Of a stretch of DNA of 64,000 nt, positions 1 through 13,659 are shown piece after piece (position 1 is the stretch's first letter; each line of letters begins with the position of its first letter). Source of the stretch: Eledone cirrhosa (taxonomy: Eukaryota); assembly GCA_964016885.1 (NCBI GenBank), contig OZ024743.1, positions 345,464,001 to 345,528,000 on the forward strand. The letters are read 5' to 3'. Under the pieces are notes generated by a model that did not search any database, was not told where the DNA came from, and was given only the letters and a program-made list of their open reading frames with translations. The position numbers and the translations under genes were made by a program.

Positions 1-89
1 ATGATGGTGATGATGAATAAGTTAAAATGAAAAGAATCTTTAAGTGTAGCAATCTACATATCTTTCTATCTATATTAATTACTTATTAT

Positions 90-108
90 TCTACTACTAC
101 TACTACTG

Positions 109-173
<65 letters not shown>
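90..173. repeat. (ACT)n microsatellite
   Basis: Near-perfect tactac run; explains the poly-Thr ORF 27..224. Confidence 0.95.
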
Positions 174-175
<2 letters not shown>

Positions 176-546
176 CTTCCTCCTCTTTCATTTTTCTTCC
201 TCTCTCAGCTCTGTTTCTTCTTAACTTCTGATATCACCATTGCCATTCGTAGAACCATTACAACACCACCATCGTCACCTGCACCACCACCACCATCAAC
301 ATAACAACCACCATTGTCATTGCCATCGTTATGAACATTAGCAGTTTAATTACCACTACTACCACTACTACTACTAGCCACCACGGCCAGCGTCATCATC
401 ATCACCATCATCATCAACACCGTCATCATAATAATCATCATCTTCATCATCTTCACGGACATCTTCCTCATCATCATCATCAACATCACCACCAATAGCA
501 GTAGCGTCATCATTATCATCTGCAGGAGTACCATTATTTTCGGTTG

Positions 547-723
547 ATTGGCAATGTCGGTAGAGGGTCGGAGCCATGCTTTTCAGCAAAGAGTTACGGT
601 CCTTTATGGTCTGAGTTCAAATCCCGCCGAGATTAACTTTGCCTTTCCTCCTTACGGGGTCGATAAAATAAAGTACCAGTAATACACTAGGATAATTGCT
701 GGCCTTGTGCCAAAAGTAGAAAC
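547..723 (+). mobile_element. tRNA-derived SINE (octopus-type), copy 1
   Basis: A-box-like TGGCAATGTCGG, B-box GAGTTCAAATCC, body ctttgcctttc..cttacggggtcgataaaataaagtaccag, tail gctggccttgtgccaaaagtagaaac; repeated about 12 times in the window. Confidence 0.9.
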
Positions 724-1046
724 AAATATTTTCCTCATCATCATTTACCTAAATTTACCTACACACATCGGTATTACCTACCCGAAAGTCAAACCAACAA
801 AAATAATATTAAAATCTACTTTCCCTTCAGCACTCTCATCTACATAATTTTCAACATAGCGTTTCTACCTGCACCCGTATCTCCTACCTTTAAAACCCAT
901 TCAGCTACCACAATTATCATCATCACCACTAACTCAATAAATATCGCCACGACTTCTATCAAACTAATACCACATCCAACACTTCCTCACTACCCCCAAG
1001 AAACATTCCGGTACATCATCATTATAACCCATTATGCCTTTCCCTG

Positions 1047-1222
1047 GATTGGCAGTATCAGTAGAGGGTCGGACGCCATGCTTTGACGCATAGAGTTACG
1101 GCCCTTGCCATTCGGAGTTCAAATCCCGCCGATGTTAACTTTGCCTTTCATCCTTACGGGGTCGATAAAGTAAAGTACCAGTAATGAACTGTAATTGCTG
1201 GCCTTGTGCCAAAAGTAGAAAC
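1047..1222 (+). mobile_element. tRNA-derived SINE, copy 2
   Basis: Same A/B boxes, body and tail as copy 1. Confidence 0.9.
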
Positions 1223-1425
1223 GATTATGTCTTTCCCACATATACCCGTTTTTCGCACCTATAAACACATACACAACTATCACAACAACTATTTACAAGA
1301 ACCACCACAACCACCATCACAGTACCTCCACTAACAACACATTCTCATTATCATTAACATACCTAGCCCCTACCCTATATGCATCCATATTTCTCACCCA
1401 TAAACACACACTAATATATTACCAA

Positions 1426-1625
1426 TGGCAGTATCGGTAGAGGGTCGGACGCCATGATTTGCAGCATAGAGTTACGGCCCTTTATGATCTGAGTTCAAAT
1501 CCCGCCGAGGTTAACTTTGCCTTTCATCCTTACGGGTCGATAAAATAAAATACCAGTCACGCATTGGGGTAGATTTAATCGACTTTCCCCTCCCCCAAAA
1601 TTGCTGGTCTTATGCCTATATATAA
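1426..1625 (+). mobile_element. tRNA-derived SINE, long variant
   Basis: Same head and body, but keeps an internal segment (ggggtagatttaatcgactttcccctcccccaaa) absent from the other copies. Confidence 0.85.
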
Positions 1626-2034
1626 GAAATCCATATATTATCAATGCAAACACCATTACGCTGCAGCTAACACCATCACTAATAGCACCACAACTGTCCG
1701 ACCATCACGCGTATACCATTACTAAATCAACACTATTACCATACTAACACAATCGCCATAGCAACCCGAGAACTACCTCGATCAGTACTACCATCCGCCA
1801 TCTTTACCACCACCATCGCCACCATAACCAACACCACCATAACCAGCACCACCATACCCCCTCCCCACGACCACCATCCCAACGACAGCCCTCATCGACA
1901 ATAGCAGTACCACACCTTCACCACCTGCAATATCTAACCCTTGCAACAACACCACCATAACCACCACCAGCACTATCGTAAACACCACCACCCTCACCAC
2001 GACGAATAATCCCCCCCCCCCCCGCTACACACAC

Positions 2035-2243
2035 ACACCATCACCGCCACCACCATCACCACCACCACCACCACAACCACCACCACGACCACCATCACCA
2101 CCACTACCACCAACACCATCACCACCACCACCACCACCACCACCACCACCACCACCAACACCACCACCACCACCACCACCACCATCACCACCACCACCAC
2201 AACCACAACCACCACCACCACCACCACCATCACCACACCCACC
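2035..2243. repeat. (CAC/ACC)n microsatellite
   Basis: Imperfect caccac run. Confidence 0.9.
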
Positions 2244-2409
2244 GCAATATATACATCAATCAGTAAGTGTCTTATTAATGTCATTCCCTTTAATTTAAGA
2301 TAACCCCAATAACTATTTACTCATCAGAAGATAGTGAAAATTGTTTTATTCACATTGGTGTTGTTGTACGTTTCTTCTTCTTCTTCTTCTTCTTCTTCTT
2401 CTTGACAGT

Positions 2410-3330
2410 CAATACATACAACAGGGTCTAAAATAGAAAACGCTGGTGGACCGAACGCAGGATGTTGAACACTCTCGAGAGAGGTGGCGTTTATTCTGAC
2501 CACAGAGAAAATGTCGTTCTGTACTGCAGTGATCCCTCCTCTGAAAACGGTTCCAATGCCAGCTGTCATGCTTCAATCTACGTTGACTAGAGCCCTAACT
2601 GTGTCAGGTTCCTTAGCCTCGGTCACTATGATGTATCATATAAAGTGGAGGATATCGAGGATCAATTTTGTTGGAATGGCGAATGTCTGTGCCTCCCCTA
2701 CCATACCTTCGACGACAAGTGCCAACCTTGTCACTTACACCGTGGCAAAATCTTTGCACTCTGTTATGAGCCTAAAATTATCAATATGTTCCCGTTTTAC
2801 GAATCCTTTCTCACCCCACATCGGCTCACAGAACTTGGAATTCTCTCGTTTTGCTGCCAGCTGCAGTAGACGTCTGGGAAGATGCCATCGAATAAGCTAT
2901 AGGGTAGACCAACCAAACTAGGTGATTTGCCACTCGAGCAGCTACCCATCCCCTTCCGTATCCCAGCGGCTGTTATTTTTTATTTATTTTTTTTTTTGCA
3001 GCACCTCACCACGGTTGTCCAGAACCGCGGCAGCCCGTCGAAGTAGGAACTAAAATCCATCCTGTGATCCGGCCGCCCTCTGCTCCCGAACAGTTGAGAT
3101 TTGTGCTGCTGCAAATTTATAAACACGTTCTTGGGATCACATAACAAGCACCCATCGTTGTCGGGGGGCTTCTGCCCGGAAAGTTCCCTTGCGAATGATG
3201 ACGTATAGTAGTTGTAGAGAATTTGAATTTTCTCGTTTGTGGGCTGTTTATGTTGAAGAGGGATGAGGTGCAATATTTTTTTGATAATGCTGTTGAAGGA
3301 GACAGAGTTAGCCACTTCACATGCTAGGGT
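2410..3330 (-). pseudogene. Degenerate Ty3/gypsy gag-protease relic
   Basis: GC-richer island. Minus-strand reading gives NEKIQILY..RELSGQKP (cf. gag RLQQLL..EELGDRKP), LILDILHFI*YIIVTEAKEP (cf. protease LTLDLG..FRWVFIVADV..P) and SVQH..GPPAFS (cf. VTHHI.T.GPPVF), with several stops. Recognised by eye. Confidence 0.5.
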
Positions 3331-3816
3331 ATTTTCTAGTTCTCTACTGATAGAATTATTTCATATTTGACGCGATATGTCACGATTTCATGTTCGTATT
3401 ATTAGGCGTTATTGAAGGTGACAAAAAGTGAAAGAGACACAAACCTGACACCATATCTGAAACAAAGGTAGCACGAATGCAACTAGCTTACGTTATTTTA
3501 TATGTACACCATATCAAGGCGGAATTGGCTATAAACATCAAAACTATGATATTCCAAAGTTTATGACATTTGGTTAAACAATTCTATTTTACTGACTTTT
3601 ACAAGAACTGTTTACACTAGTGTCTCGTAATCTAGTGATATTCTACAGTATAATTAACATACACCAGATAATCATATACTGTATACACAGGTTGATGTTT
3701 TTCGTACCATCATGATGTTAATCTGATTTACATATTTGAGCGACATATCTAAATACTACTCAATATGCTTGTTCGTCTTTAAAAGCAAACACAATAAAAT
3801 GTCATTCTAGGTATGA

Positions 3817-4305
3817 TTATAACGACCTTTCGAATATAGTCTTTCCGTCGACAATCTTTTCGTCTATAATTGTTATTAAATCTTTGTCTTCCTTTATTAA
3901 AAATCGAAGTGATTTGGGGTAGATTTGCCAACATTGAGTCTTCACTTGCTTGCACTGCACAGTGTGATTCGATAAAAAGCTGTTTTTTCTGTCAGTTCGG
4001 TCGATGAGATCTGTCTCATTGACCATATATAGCATTAAAGACTTTAGAATGTGGGTTGATGAAGGTTTGGTTGCTATTTCTAGCAGTTTGAGTGATTTCG
4101 CATACACCTTTTTCATCGTCTTCAAAGGTTTCCAGGGGTTGATAACGTTTATTTTTATAGTCAAGTGGTGAGAGGGAACGGCTGAATTATGACTTCTTTT
4201 GAGCCTCCAAGACCGCAAGAAGTGAGGAATTAAATATCCCCAGACCTGAGACATGTCTCGATAGGACTCTGCTAATGCTAATCGCACTAAAGGGTCAAAT
4301 GACAA
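3817..4305 (-). pseudogene. 162-codon open frame resembling a divergent Ty3/gypsy integrase C-terminal region
   Basis: VYAKSLKL (cf. VYGTTLRL), SFLSNHTVQCKQV (cf. FV..DL..CTHV), YPKSLRFLIKEDKDLITII..TIFERSL (cf. GPY/F module Y.GPF.VL.R.DK.F.I..VSIDRLK). Similarity is weak. Confidence 0.4.
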
Positions 4306-4422
4306 TGGTCAATCGGATAAGTAAAAAACAGTTCGATTTGAAATCAAAAGGCAAAGAGCATGAACAAATACTGCAAGGCATCACAACCGACACTATATGA
4401 ATTCCACCAAACCACCATCTTT

Positions 4423-4565
4423 AACTGGTACTTTATCCTATCACACTAAAAAGAATGACAGCAAAAGATGATTTCGGTGATATTTGAACTCAGAGCCCAG
4501 ATAACGGGAACAAATGACGTAATGCATTTTGTCGACCACTTTAACGAATCAGCCCATTCACCGCC
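4423..4565 (-). mobile_element. Old, diverged SINE relic
   Basis: actggtacttta..atttgaactcaga..ttcaccgcc matches the reverse complement of the SINE family. Confidence 0.55.
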
Positions 4566-5131
4566 AATTTTCTGGACATCAAATATTCGACGAATTAATA
4601 TAATGACTTTGTGTTGGTGGTGATGATTTGTTTTTATTGGGTAGAGCATAAGTTTCTTAATTAAATCTAAGAAAGGCTAACTACTTGTAAGATAGGAAAA
4701 TAAATTAATCTATCATCTATATTGTCTCTAATTTATGGACGTAATTTTTAATGAAAGATTGTTAAGATTCTTAGAAGCATCATAAAAAAAAGAAGAAAAT
4801 TTCCATCTTAAAGACCACCGTCGATGACAATTACAGCAGTAACAACAAAGGTATAACAACAAGAGAAATACAAGAGTAATTAGAAACAAAAGTAGTAACA
4901 ACACCAACAACAAAAACACCACTATCAACAACAATGACGAAAACAAAAACAACAAGAGCAACAACAACAACAATACCGTCAGTAGCAAGTGAAGAAGCTC
5001 TAGCTCTGTGGATGGCAACATGAACAGCAATATGACCCCAACAACAATTTCGGAAATGAACTAGCGTATAATTGGTAATTAATCTATAAACACTGCCTCC
5101 ATCTGTTTTGTATGGCTTCATATGAGTGTGT

Positions 5132-5201
<70 letters not shown>

Positions 5202-5484
5202 CGTGTGTGTGTGTGTGTGAGAGAATGTGTGTGAGAATGTGTGTGTATTATTTATGCCTATATGCGTTTGCATGTATGTCTCCCTGTGTATATGTGAATA
5301 GACTTGTCAGTGTGTACGTGTTTGTGTATTTGTGAATATTTCTCCGTCACTTATCTATGTGTTAGTATATCCGTTTATCAGTGCGTATGTGAGTATGTAT
5401 CCGTCACGGTGTATGTGTATATGTGTGTGTTTGTATGTGTATGTGAGTGAGCTTGTCCGTATAACTACGTATGTATCAAAGTGC

Positions 5485-5590
<106 letters not shown>

Positions 5591-6039
5591 TTCTCTATAT
5601 GTATAGCAGTAGTTTGTCTGTGTGCCTATATTAGTGGACTGCTACGTCTGTACGTGTCCAATTCTGTGACTGTATATTCGTAGTTGTTGTCATTTAGTCA
5701 TATATACATATGACTACAATAGATATTTTATTATTTCATTGTAAAGATGTTGGGGAGATGTTTGGTTTCTTCGGTCAGTACCTTTTATAATTTCTTCACG
5801 CCATAGTATCTTTAATATAAAAGATAATCCTATCAGTAAAATAATATGGACTTATTGTGTTGTTACATCGGGTATTACTACAATTCTCATTGTATTTTAT
5901 TTTAGCCCTTAAATCCCAATAAAATTGTAATGGTTCTGTAGTGATATACAGCGTGTCTGGGGAATTTTAACCATTGCTGAATCCACCACTCTTCAGGCTG
6001 TTTTCATATATGTATATAGGAAGAACCAAACGCAGTACT

Positions 6040-6190
6040 GGACTGGTAATGTATTTATCGACATCAATAGATAGAAAGAGAAGGTTGAGTTCGTATGGAT
6101 TTAAACTTAAAGTGTGGATAACCGAAGCCTGAACAAATAACGTGAATCATTCTATGCAACATTCTAACTATTCTGCCAATTCGGCGGCTT
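6040..6190 (-). mobile_element. Old, diverged SINE relic
   Basis: gactggta..tttatcgac..ggatttaaact..ttctgccaattcggcggc. Confidence 0.5.
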
Positions 6191-6663
6191 TATTGTTATT
6201 TTCTGTCACGGAAATATATATCAGTGTTATTATGGTCCTGGAGTATGCTAAAGGTCTATATTGTGTTTCCTATGAGTAGCATAACATTTTTCCCGAAAGA
6301 GTTAATATTGAACGGTTAGATTTATATGGAATAGAATTATTGAAGCATTTCCGAAATTTCTAAGCACCTAAGTGTTGTCAGATGTTAGAGTTCTAATTTG
6401 ATTCACAAACATTCCTTCTGGATAGGTGGTTTATGTTCAATTTCTCCTCATGTTCCATTTTCTTCTAATGCCTCTTCTAACCATGTTTTTTTTTATTGCA
6501 GGGAGAGGAGACAATTTCCTTGCTTATGCACTAGAGTTTGATATAATTTTGTTTGTATTCTCTTTGAAATTGACCCTCGAGCGACCCGTACTGTTTTCTT
6601 CATTTATTGTACAACACCATAACACACAAAAGCCAATACACACATGCACACATACACGCACAC

Positions 6664-6738
<75 letters not shown>

Positions 6739-6900
6739 CACACACACACAGATACACACACACATATTCACTCACTCGCACACACACACACTCACACACA
6801 CACATTAAACAAACACATATACGCATGACACTTAAGCACTGCTCTACCTGTCTTTCTCTGGGGCTTGGGTCATATATATCGACCCGGTTGCCATAAAGAT

Positions 6901-7110
6901 TCGTCGACATATTGTTGATGGCAATGTTACACATCTGAAAAGGTTAGGTAATAATTGTGTCAGCAAAAGTGGGCAAAATGCGAAGTGTAGCTCACTATTC
7001 CATAAAGATGGAATAGTGAGCTACACTTCGCATTTTGCCCACTTTTGCTGACACACTTACTACCTAACCTTTTCAGATGTGTAACATTGCCATCAACAAT
7101 ATGTCGACGA
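6901..7110. repeat. Near-perfect 103-bp inverted repeat (hairpin) with 4-nt loop
   Basis: Arms 6901-7003 and 7008-7110 with 2 mismatches; loop AAAG. Confidence 0.95.
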
Positions 7111-7526
7111 TGTTATTAAGAAAGACCTCCCACCTAATTCTGGCAAAGGAATTACCATTACTCTTGCTGTTATTGTAGTTAGCAACAATAGATGGTGCGA
7201 GAGTAGTGGAGAAGTCAGTGCTATGCTTGTGGTCACACGCATACATAGAAGAAAAGTGAAAACTAGAGGACTAGTGTTGGTGAGGCTGTTAGTGCGACGG
7301 GAATATGAGATTTTCTTGTGTTTCAAAGACTACCACACAACTTCTTCTGATCCAGATCATACTATTGTTGCTGCTGTCAACTTGGCATTGATACTCTTCT
7401 TGCTGATTATACTCAGTTCAGAATTGCCGGAGCAGTCATGTGTCCAAAGAATAGACGGCCTTGTCCATACTGTTATCTGGTATAGCTCAGAGTACATTAT
7501 TTAATGTATTTTACTTTTTAAGAATA

Positions 7527-7708
7527 ATTGTTTCTACTTTTGGCACAATGGCCAGCAATTACCCAGTGTATGACTGGTACTTTATTTTATCGACCCCATA
7601 AGGATGAAAGACCTCGGCGGGATTTGAACTGAGAATGGCAAGGGCCGTAACTCTATGCGTCAAAGCATGGCCTCCGACCCTCTACCGATACTGCCAATCC
7701 ACCGCCCT
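7527..7708 (-). mobile_element. tRNA-derived SINE, full-length, deletion subfamily
   Basis: Reverse complement of the family, starting ggcggtggattggcagtatcgg; has the 9-nt internal deletion also seen at 29081-29252. Confidence 0.9.
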
Positions 7709-7789
7709 TCTTTTTAAGAATAATGTAATGTGAGTAGTAGTAGTAGTAGTAGTAGTAGGTTTAGTAGGAGTAGGAGTAGCCAGTGGGTC

Positions 7790-7837
<48 letters not shown>

Positions 7838-8103
7838 AGTGGTTGGTGGTACGACGTAATGTTTGTCGTAGCATTAGTTGTGTGGTTCAGCTGAGTATTA
7901 CGAGAGAAGAGAAAATAGCCAACCTAACATACATCCCCTATTATACTCCCTTTCAAAATAATCTATTTACCTACCTCCTCTCTAATCTTGAGAATAAACC
8001 TTTTTTTCAACTTCAATATGTCTCTCTCACTCTCTCACGCTTTCTCGCTATCTCCTCCTCCTCCTCCTCTTGTCGCTCTCTCTTTCGCTCTTACTCTCTC
8101 TTT

Positions 8104-8480
<377 letters not shown>

Positions 8481-8527
8481 GTATGAATATATATATATAT
8501 GTGTATATATATATGTATGTATATTTA

Positions 8528-8559
<32 letters not shown>

Positions 8560-8586
8560 CATACATATATATATATATAGATATAG

Positions 8587-8649
<63 letters not shown>

Positions 8650-9086
8650 CACACATATGTATGTATATATATAGAGAGAGAGAAAGAGCGAGGGTGAGAG
8701 AATGAGAAAGAGAGAAAGAGAGGGGGGAGGAGAGATATAGTCCCCCCATCCCTCCGTATCAGGAGGTAAATGTTAGGCAAAGCATGACTGATGTTAATTA
8801 GGACTTCTTACAGGCGAACTGCCTTTGATCTATGACGGAGAAAATTACAGTTGACATCTGACATGACTTGACAATCGGTACCGACAGATGGTGCTGTCTG
8901 TTTCACAAATATTTCTACTAACGACGAAAATATATTCATTCTCTATACTCTGAAGCTATTTCAAGCCCCCAACCCACCCCATCACTACACTATTCCTCCA
9001 CCCCATTCGCTATTCCTTTCTTCCTTATGTATCTTGCTGTTTCACTATACTTTTCTATCAATTTTCTCCGTCTTCCTTCACATATG

Positions 9087-9170
<84 letters not shown>

Positions 9171-9174
9171 ATAC

Positions 9175-9212
<38 letters not shown>

Positions 9213-9339
9213 GTATGTATATATATATGTATGTATATATATATATGATGTATATATATATATGTATATATTTATATATATACACATATACACATATATA
9301 TATATATACATATATATACATATATATATGTATATATAA

Positions 9340-9446
<107 letters not shown>

Positions 9447-9449
9447 TAC

Positions 9450-9490
<41 letters not shown>

Positions 9491-9493
9491 TAC

Positions 9494-9549
<56 letters not shown>

Positions 9550-9773
9550 GCTTTTTTACAAGGAAGGTGAAGAATTACTACATAAGAAATGAGTGTTAAT
9601 ACACTACTCAGATATTTGCTAGAGTCATTGATCATGAAGGCGACAGTGAGTCCCGTATACAACATTACCACACCTGATTAGTACTATTTATGCTACGTAA
9701 GTTATAAGCAAACAAGCAAGAGTTCTCTGTACGGGTGGTCTCTCCGCTATGTTTCAATTGCAAATCTGACGTG

Positions 9774-9844
<71 letters not shown>

Positions 9845-9848
<4 letters not shown>

Positions 9849-10041
9849 ACAATGTTTAACCCCGACGGCAGAGCTGAAGCCATTTCGACGTCTATTTCTG
9901 GAGTCCAAAAATAGCCGTCTAAACGGCTCGAGCTCTGACGTCGGGGTTAAACATTGTCCTACTACCAAATCTACTACCCTAAGTATTGAGTACTCTGGTG
10001 CGCTATGGCCCATCTGGTTCCTTACCACCCTTCCTTCGTTA
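9845..10041 (+). mobile_element. PLE-type short element, family B, fold-back copy
   Basis: Inverted arms 9845-9961 centred near 9902, then tail ctactaccctaagtattgagtactctggtgcg..ccttcgtt; (TA)n flanks; other copies at 29724-29932, 31868-32010, 32482-32584, 34140-34232 and 59440-59620. Confidence 0.75.
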
Positions 10042-10086
10042 TATACATATATATATATAATGTGATTGTGTGTGTGTGTCTGCCTG

Positions 10087-10292
10087 TGTTAGTACCGGGT
10101 TCAATCGGGGTAACCACAATAAGAAAGGTACGCAGTACATTAGTAGAGAGTAAACATCAAATTTTATATAGAAATGGCTTCTACTGGACTAAAACTGTTT
10201 CATTCGCAACAAAATCTTCAGTTCTTTACCGATGATTTCTTTTCAATGAAATAGTTCTAGTCCTGTAGAATCCATTTCTTTATAAAATGTGA
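10087..10292 (-). mobile_element. Family A copy, diverged fold-back with degenerate hammerheads
   Basis: Minus strand CTGAAGA..GAAACAG..GTA; plus strand CCGATGA..GAAATAG..GTA; centre near 10225. Confidence 0.7.
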
Positions 10293-10314
10293 TAAACATA
10301 CATACAGACATATG

Positions 10315-10350
<36 letters not shown>

Positions 10351-10860
10351 AAATTAAATTAAAGGGGTCATGTCCGAGGGACATGCGCCATATCTACTGT
10401 AGTATATGCTTAGAGATTCCAATGAATAGATCCGAACATTTTTTATCAACTTTTTCTCACAGCTCATATGGTCATTAAAAGAGAGGAATTTAAAATACTC
10501 CATTCTTTGCACGAAAGTTCGGAATTGTGGTGTTTACCGCCACACAAGTATATCAAGTAACTGCGCGCTCTGTACAATGGAGACCCTGTTGATTAGTAAT
10601 AAATACGAGACCCTAATTAACAAAAAAAGTGAATTATTCTCTAATTGCCTTCATAAAGCTACGTCTACATTCCTAGCCTCCCATAAGACCAGAAAAAAAC
10701 ACCAAGCCATTAGACATGGTTTTTAGACGTAAATAATCAGCAGGTGAAAGCCTTAATGGCCTTTAATGTTGCTTTATCTTATAACTATCTATAGAGGGAA
10801 TAACGCTCAAATGAATGACACTTGTTCAATAACACGCTGACACGTTGATATACATAACAT

Positions 10861-10966
10861 AATTGTTTCTACTTTAGGCACAAGGCCAGCAATTACCCAG
10901 TGCATTACTGGTACTTTATTTTATCGACCCCGTAAGGATGAAAGGCAAAGTCAACCTCGGCGGGAT
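10861..10966 (-). mobile_element. SINE 3' fragment
   Basis: Reverse complement of the SINE body and tail; head missing. Confidence 0.85.
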
Positions 10967-11039
10967 AATATTATTAACTTTGATCCATACCATTATTTCC
11001 CTATCTTTATTTTCCTATCTAAGTTTTAATTTTAGTTTA

Positions 11040-11600
11040 AATATCCAACCTGTAAATTTTTACGGAACTTATTTTTAACTGTGAATCATTCATGTGTTTA
11101 CACTTTTTTATTTATAATATGTATGTACTTATCTTTTGTAAGTTTTTAAATATACCTACCTTTATATTTTTCTATCCATCATTTAAATATAGTGCAAATA
11201 TCCAACCTGTAAATGTTTACGGACATTATTTTGAACTGTGAATCATCCATGCGTTTACACTCTTTTTATATATATGTATGTATTTAACTTTGACATGTTG
11301 AAATCTATTATATAAGATTATAATAGTTATCATTTACCAAAACTATACTGTCTCACTAATACTTAGTATATCTCTCTATACCTAATTTTTAGATAATTTT
11401 TAAACTTTTAGATTATTTATTTTGAACTGTGAATAATTCATGCCTTTACACTCTTTATATATATATGTATGTATTTAACTTTAGCATGTTTGAATCTATT
11501 ATTTTATATTCCTTATCATTCACCGAAAGTATACTGGCTCATTAATACTTACTATATCTCTCTATACCTAATTTTTATTTTAGAAAATAAGTGTATCTGT
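11040..11600. repeat. Imperfect AT-rich tandem duplications (about 157-190 bp units)
   Basis: atatccaacctgtaaa twice; aactgtgaat..cat..tttacac three times; tatctctctatacctaatttt twice. Confidence 0.7.
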
Positions 11601-11857
11601 ATAATAACATAATCATATTATTAGTTACGTATATCTCAGCTTTTGTTTTTTTTTTGCATATATATCTATAGTGTATAATAACATAATTACCGTTTTTATT
11701 TATCGCTATATATAATTTGTGCAAATATATAGTTTGTGTAAATATAGATATTTGTACAATAGTATATTTATTATTTAGAGTTTATTCCTCTCATGAAGGT
11801 GGAACATATAGAGAGATTTAATATAATATAATAAATATTAATTTATTACCATAATTC

Positions 11858-11890
<33 letters not shown>

Positions 11891-12578
11891 GTGGCTGAAA
11901 ACTCTGCGTTAATCATTACACTAACTACTTGACAATTAATTTTTTAGATATTTCTAACAATAAGTACTTCATAAGCTTTACATACCGAAAATGTTGACAT
12001 TCTTATAGGTAATTATCGTTAAAGATTACATTTAGGAAAATATTCAACAGTGTAAATTTTCCTTTCGCTGGCCAAGTAAATCCTTTAAATTATGTCCTCA
12101 TAAAATTCAAAATTTTAGAAATATTAACACATTTATAGAATTTATAAAATTAATAAATATAAATAACCATCAACTTTTAAAAAACATAAAATTCTTATTT
12201 TTCACCCTTAAAATAACATAAATTAAATATTTTGAAACTTAACCGTTTAGCCTTTAAGGAAAAAAAATTATTTCTGCATATATTACTCCCCTTTATCTCT
12301 CCCTCTCTTTAAATCTTCTATCAGTTTCCTCCATAAACAGTTATAATTCAAGAGACGTTTTCCTAGATAAACTTAACTTGTAGAATCCCACGTTTTAAAA
12401 TCTCTGTAGCTGTCACATTAAGCAACGTTTTTCTTACTCATACATCCTCTATTGAATTTATTACGTTTTCGCATTTTCTCATTATTAGGGTATAAATATT
12501 GAGTTTTCCCTTAGCTTAATCACTACCTTGATTAAATCTTAACCATTTAACATCTCAGGGTATGTCATGTATCATTAT

Positions 12579-12631
12579 ATTTTGTCTGATGAGGACGAAC
12601 TGTTGAACCTCTGAAATATGTATAATAAAAT
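12579..12631 (+). ncRNA. Minimal type-I hammerhead motif
   Basis: attttgt CTGATGA gg..cctct GAAA t atgt a TA ataaaat; 7-bp stem I with one G-U pair. Confidence 0.65.
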
Positions 12632-12765
12632 GTAATTGATGAAAAGAATATCTATTTTATTAATATTTATTTGTATTTTAATATTAATAAGTCTGGAAAA
12701 TGATTTACTGTAGAGTGGTTCCAATCTACTGTAAAACTCATTCTTTGATGTACTCACTGAATCTT

Positions 12766-12901
<136 letters not shown>

Positions 12902-13557
12902 CGCGTCTTATGCATTTATGCATGTATGGATATATGAATGTATGTAAATAATATATAATCTAAATTGTCAAAACTTCTTTTACTGTGGCTGGTAACACAA
13001 CAGTTTGCAATGTCCTCCCTCTCCACATTCTCTTTTTGGCTTTCATTTATTGTACCATTTTATCTTATCAGTCACCCTACCACTACCACAAACAACATCA
13101 CCACTATCAGTAACAGGAACAGCACACCTCTCTATAACCTCTATAACCACACACCTCTCCACCACTGCCATCACCGATAACAATGTTATCATCACAGACA
13201 TCGCTAAAAGCACTCGCAATACCACTAATACTACCAGCATCAACATTATCATCACCATCACAATCACGACCATCATTACAACCACCAGCATCACTGCCAA
13301 AACTATCAACACATAAACCAACGTCACCATCACCAACAATGAAAATAACCATGCGAGAAACAAACCACATGAACAAGCATAAGGTTAGCTACATTGAATG
13401 TTGTATGTACTATATATATATATGTAATAAATTATGATATATATATTTTGTCTGTGTTTGTATGCGTACATAAATGCATACACACACATACATACTATGC
13501 AACTCACAAAAAAGTTGGTGTATGACAGAACAAAGGAGAGACGCAAAACAACAAATT

Positions 13558-13601
13558 AGTCACTGAGGAGGTCAAATAATGTGTGACGAAAGCGCTTTGA
13601 T
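13558..13601 (+). ncRNA. Minimal type-I hammerhead motif (family D relative)
   Basis: gtca CTGAGGA g gtca..tgac GAAA gcgc TT tgat; palindromic loop GCGC; upstream gacagaacaaaggagag is shared with family D at about 59250-59270. Confidence 0.65.
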
Positions 13602-13659
13602 AACAAATGACCATTCGCTTATTATATCTGCCAACCGGAAACCTGTAATAATTGAAGTA

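Noticed and set aside
547-723. tRNA genes at A/B-box sites
   Set aside because: No cloverleaf; the boxes are followed by a shared SINE body and tail.
2645-2869. Plus-strand Cys-rich ORF suggesting a viral or BIR-like protein
   Set aside because: Short and preceded by an in-frame stop; better explained as antisense of the gypsy-like relic.
10338-10770. Kolobok-like TTAA-AGGGG start
   Set aside because: No matching inverted terminus found.
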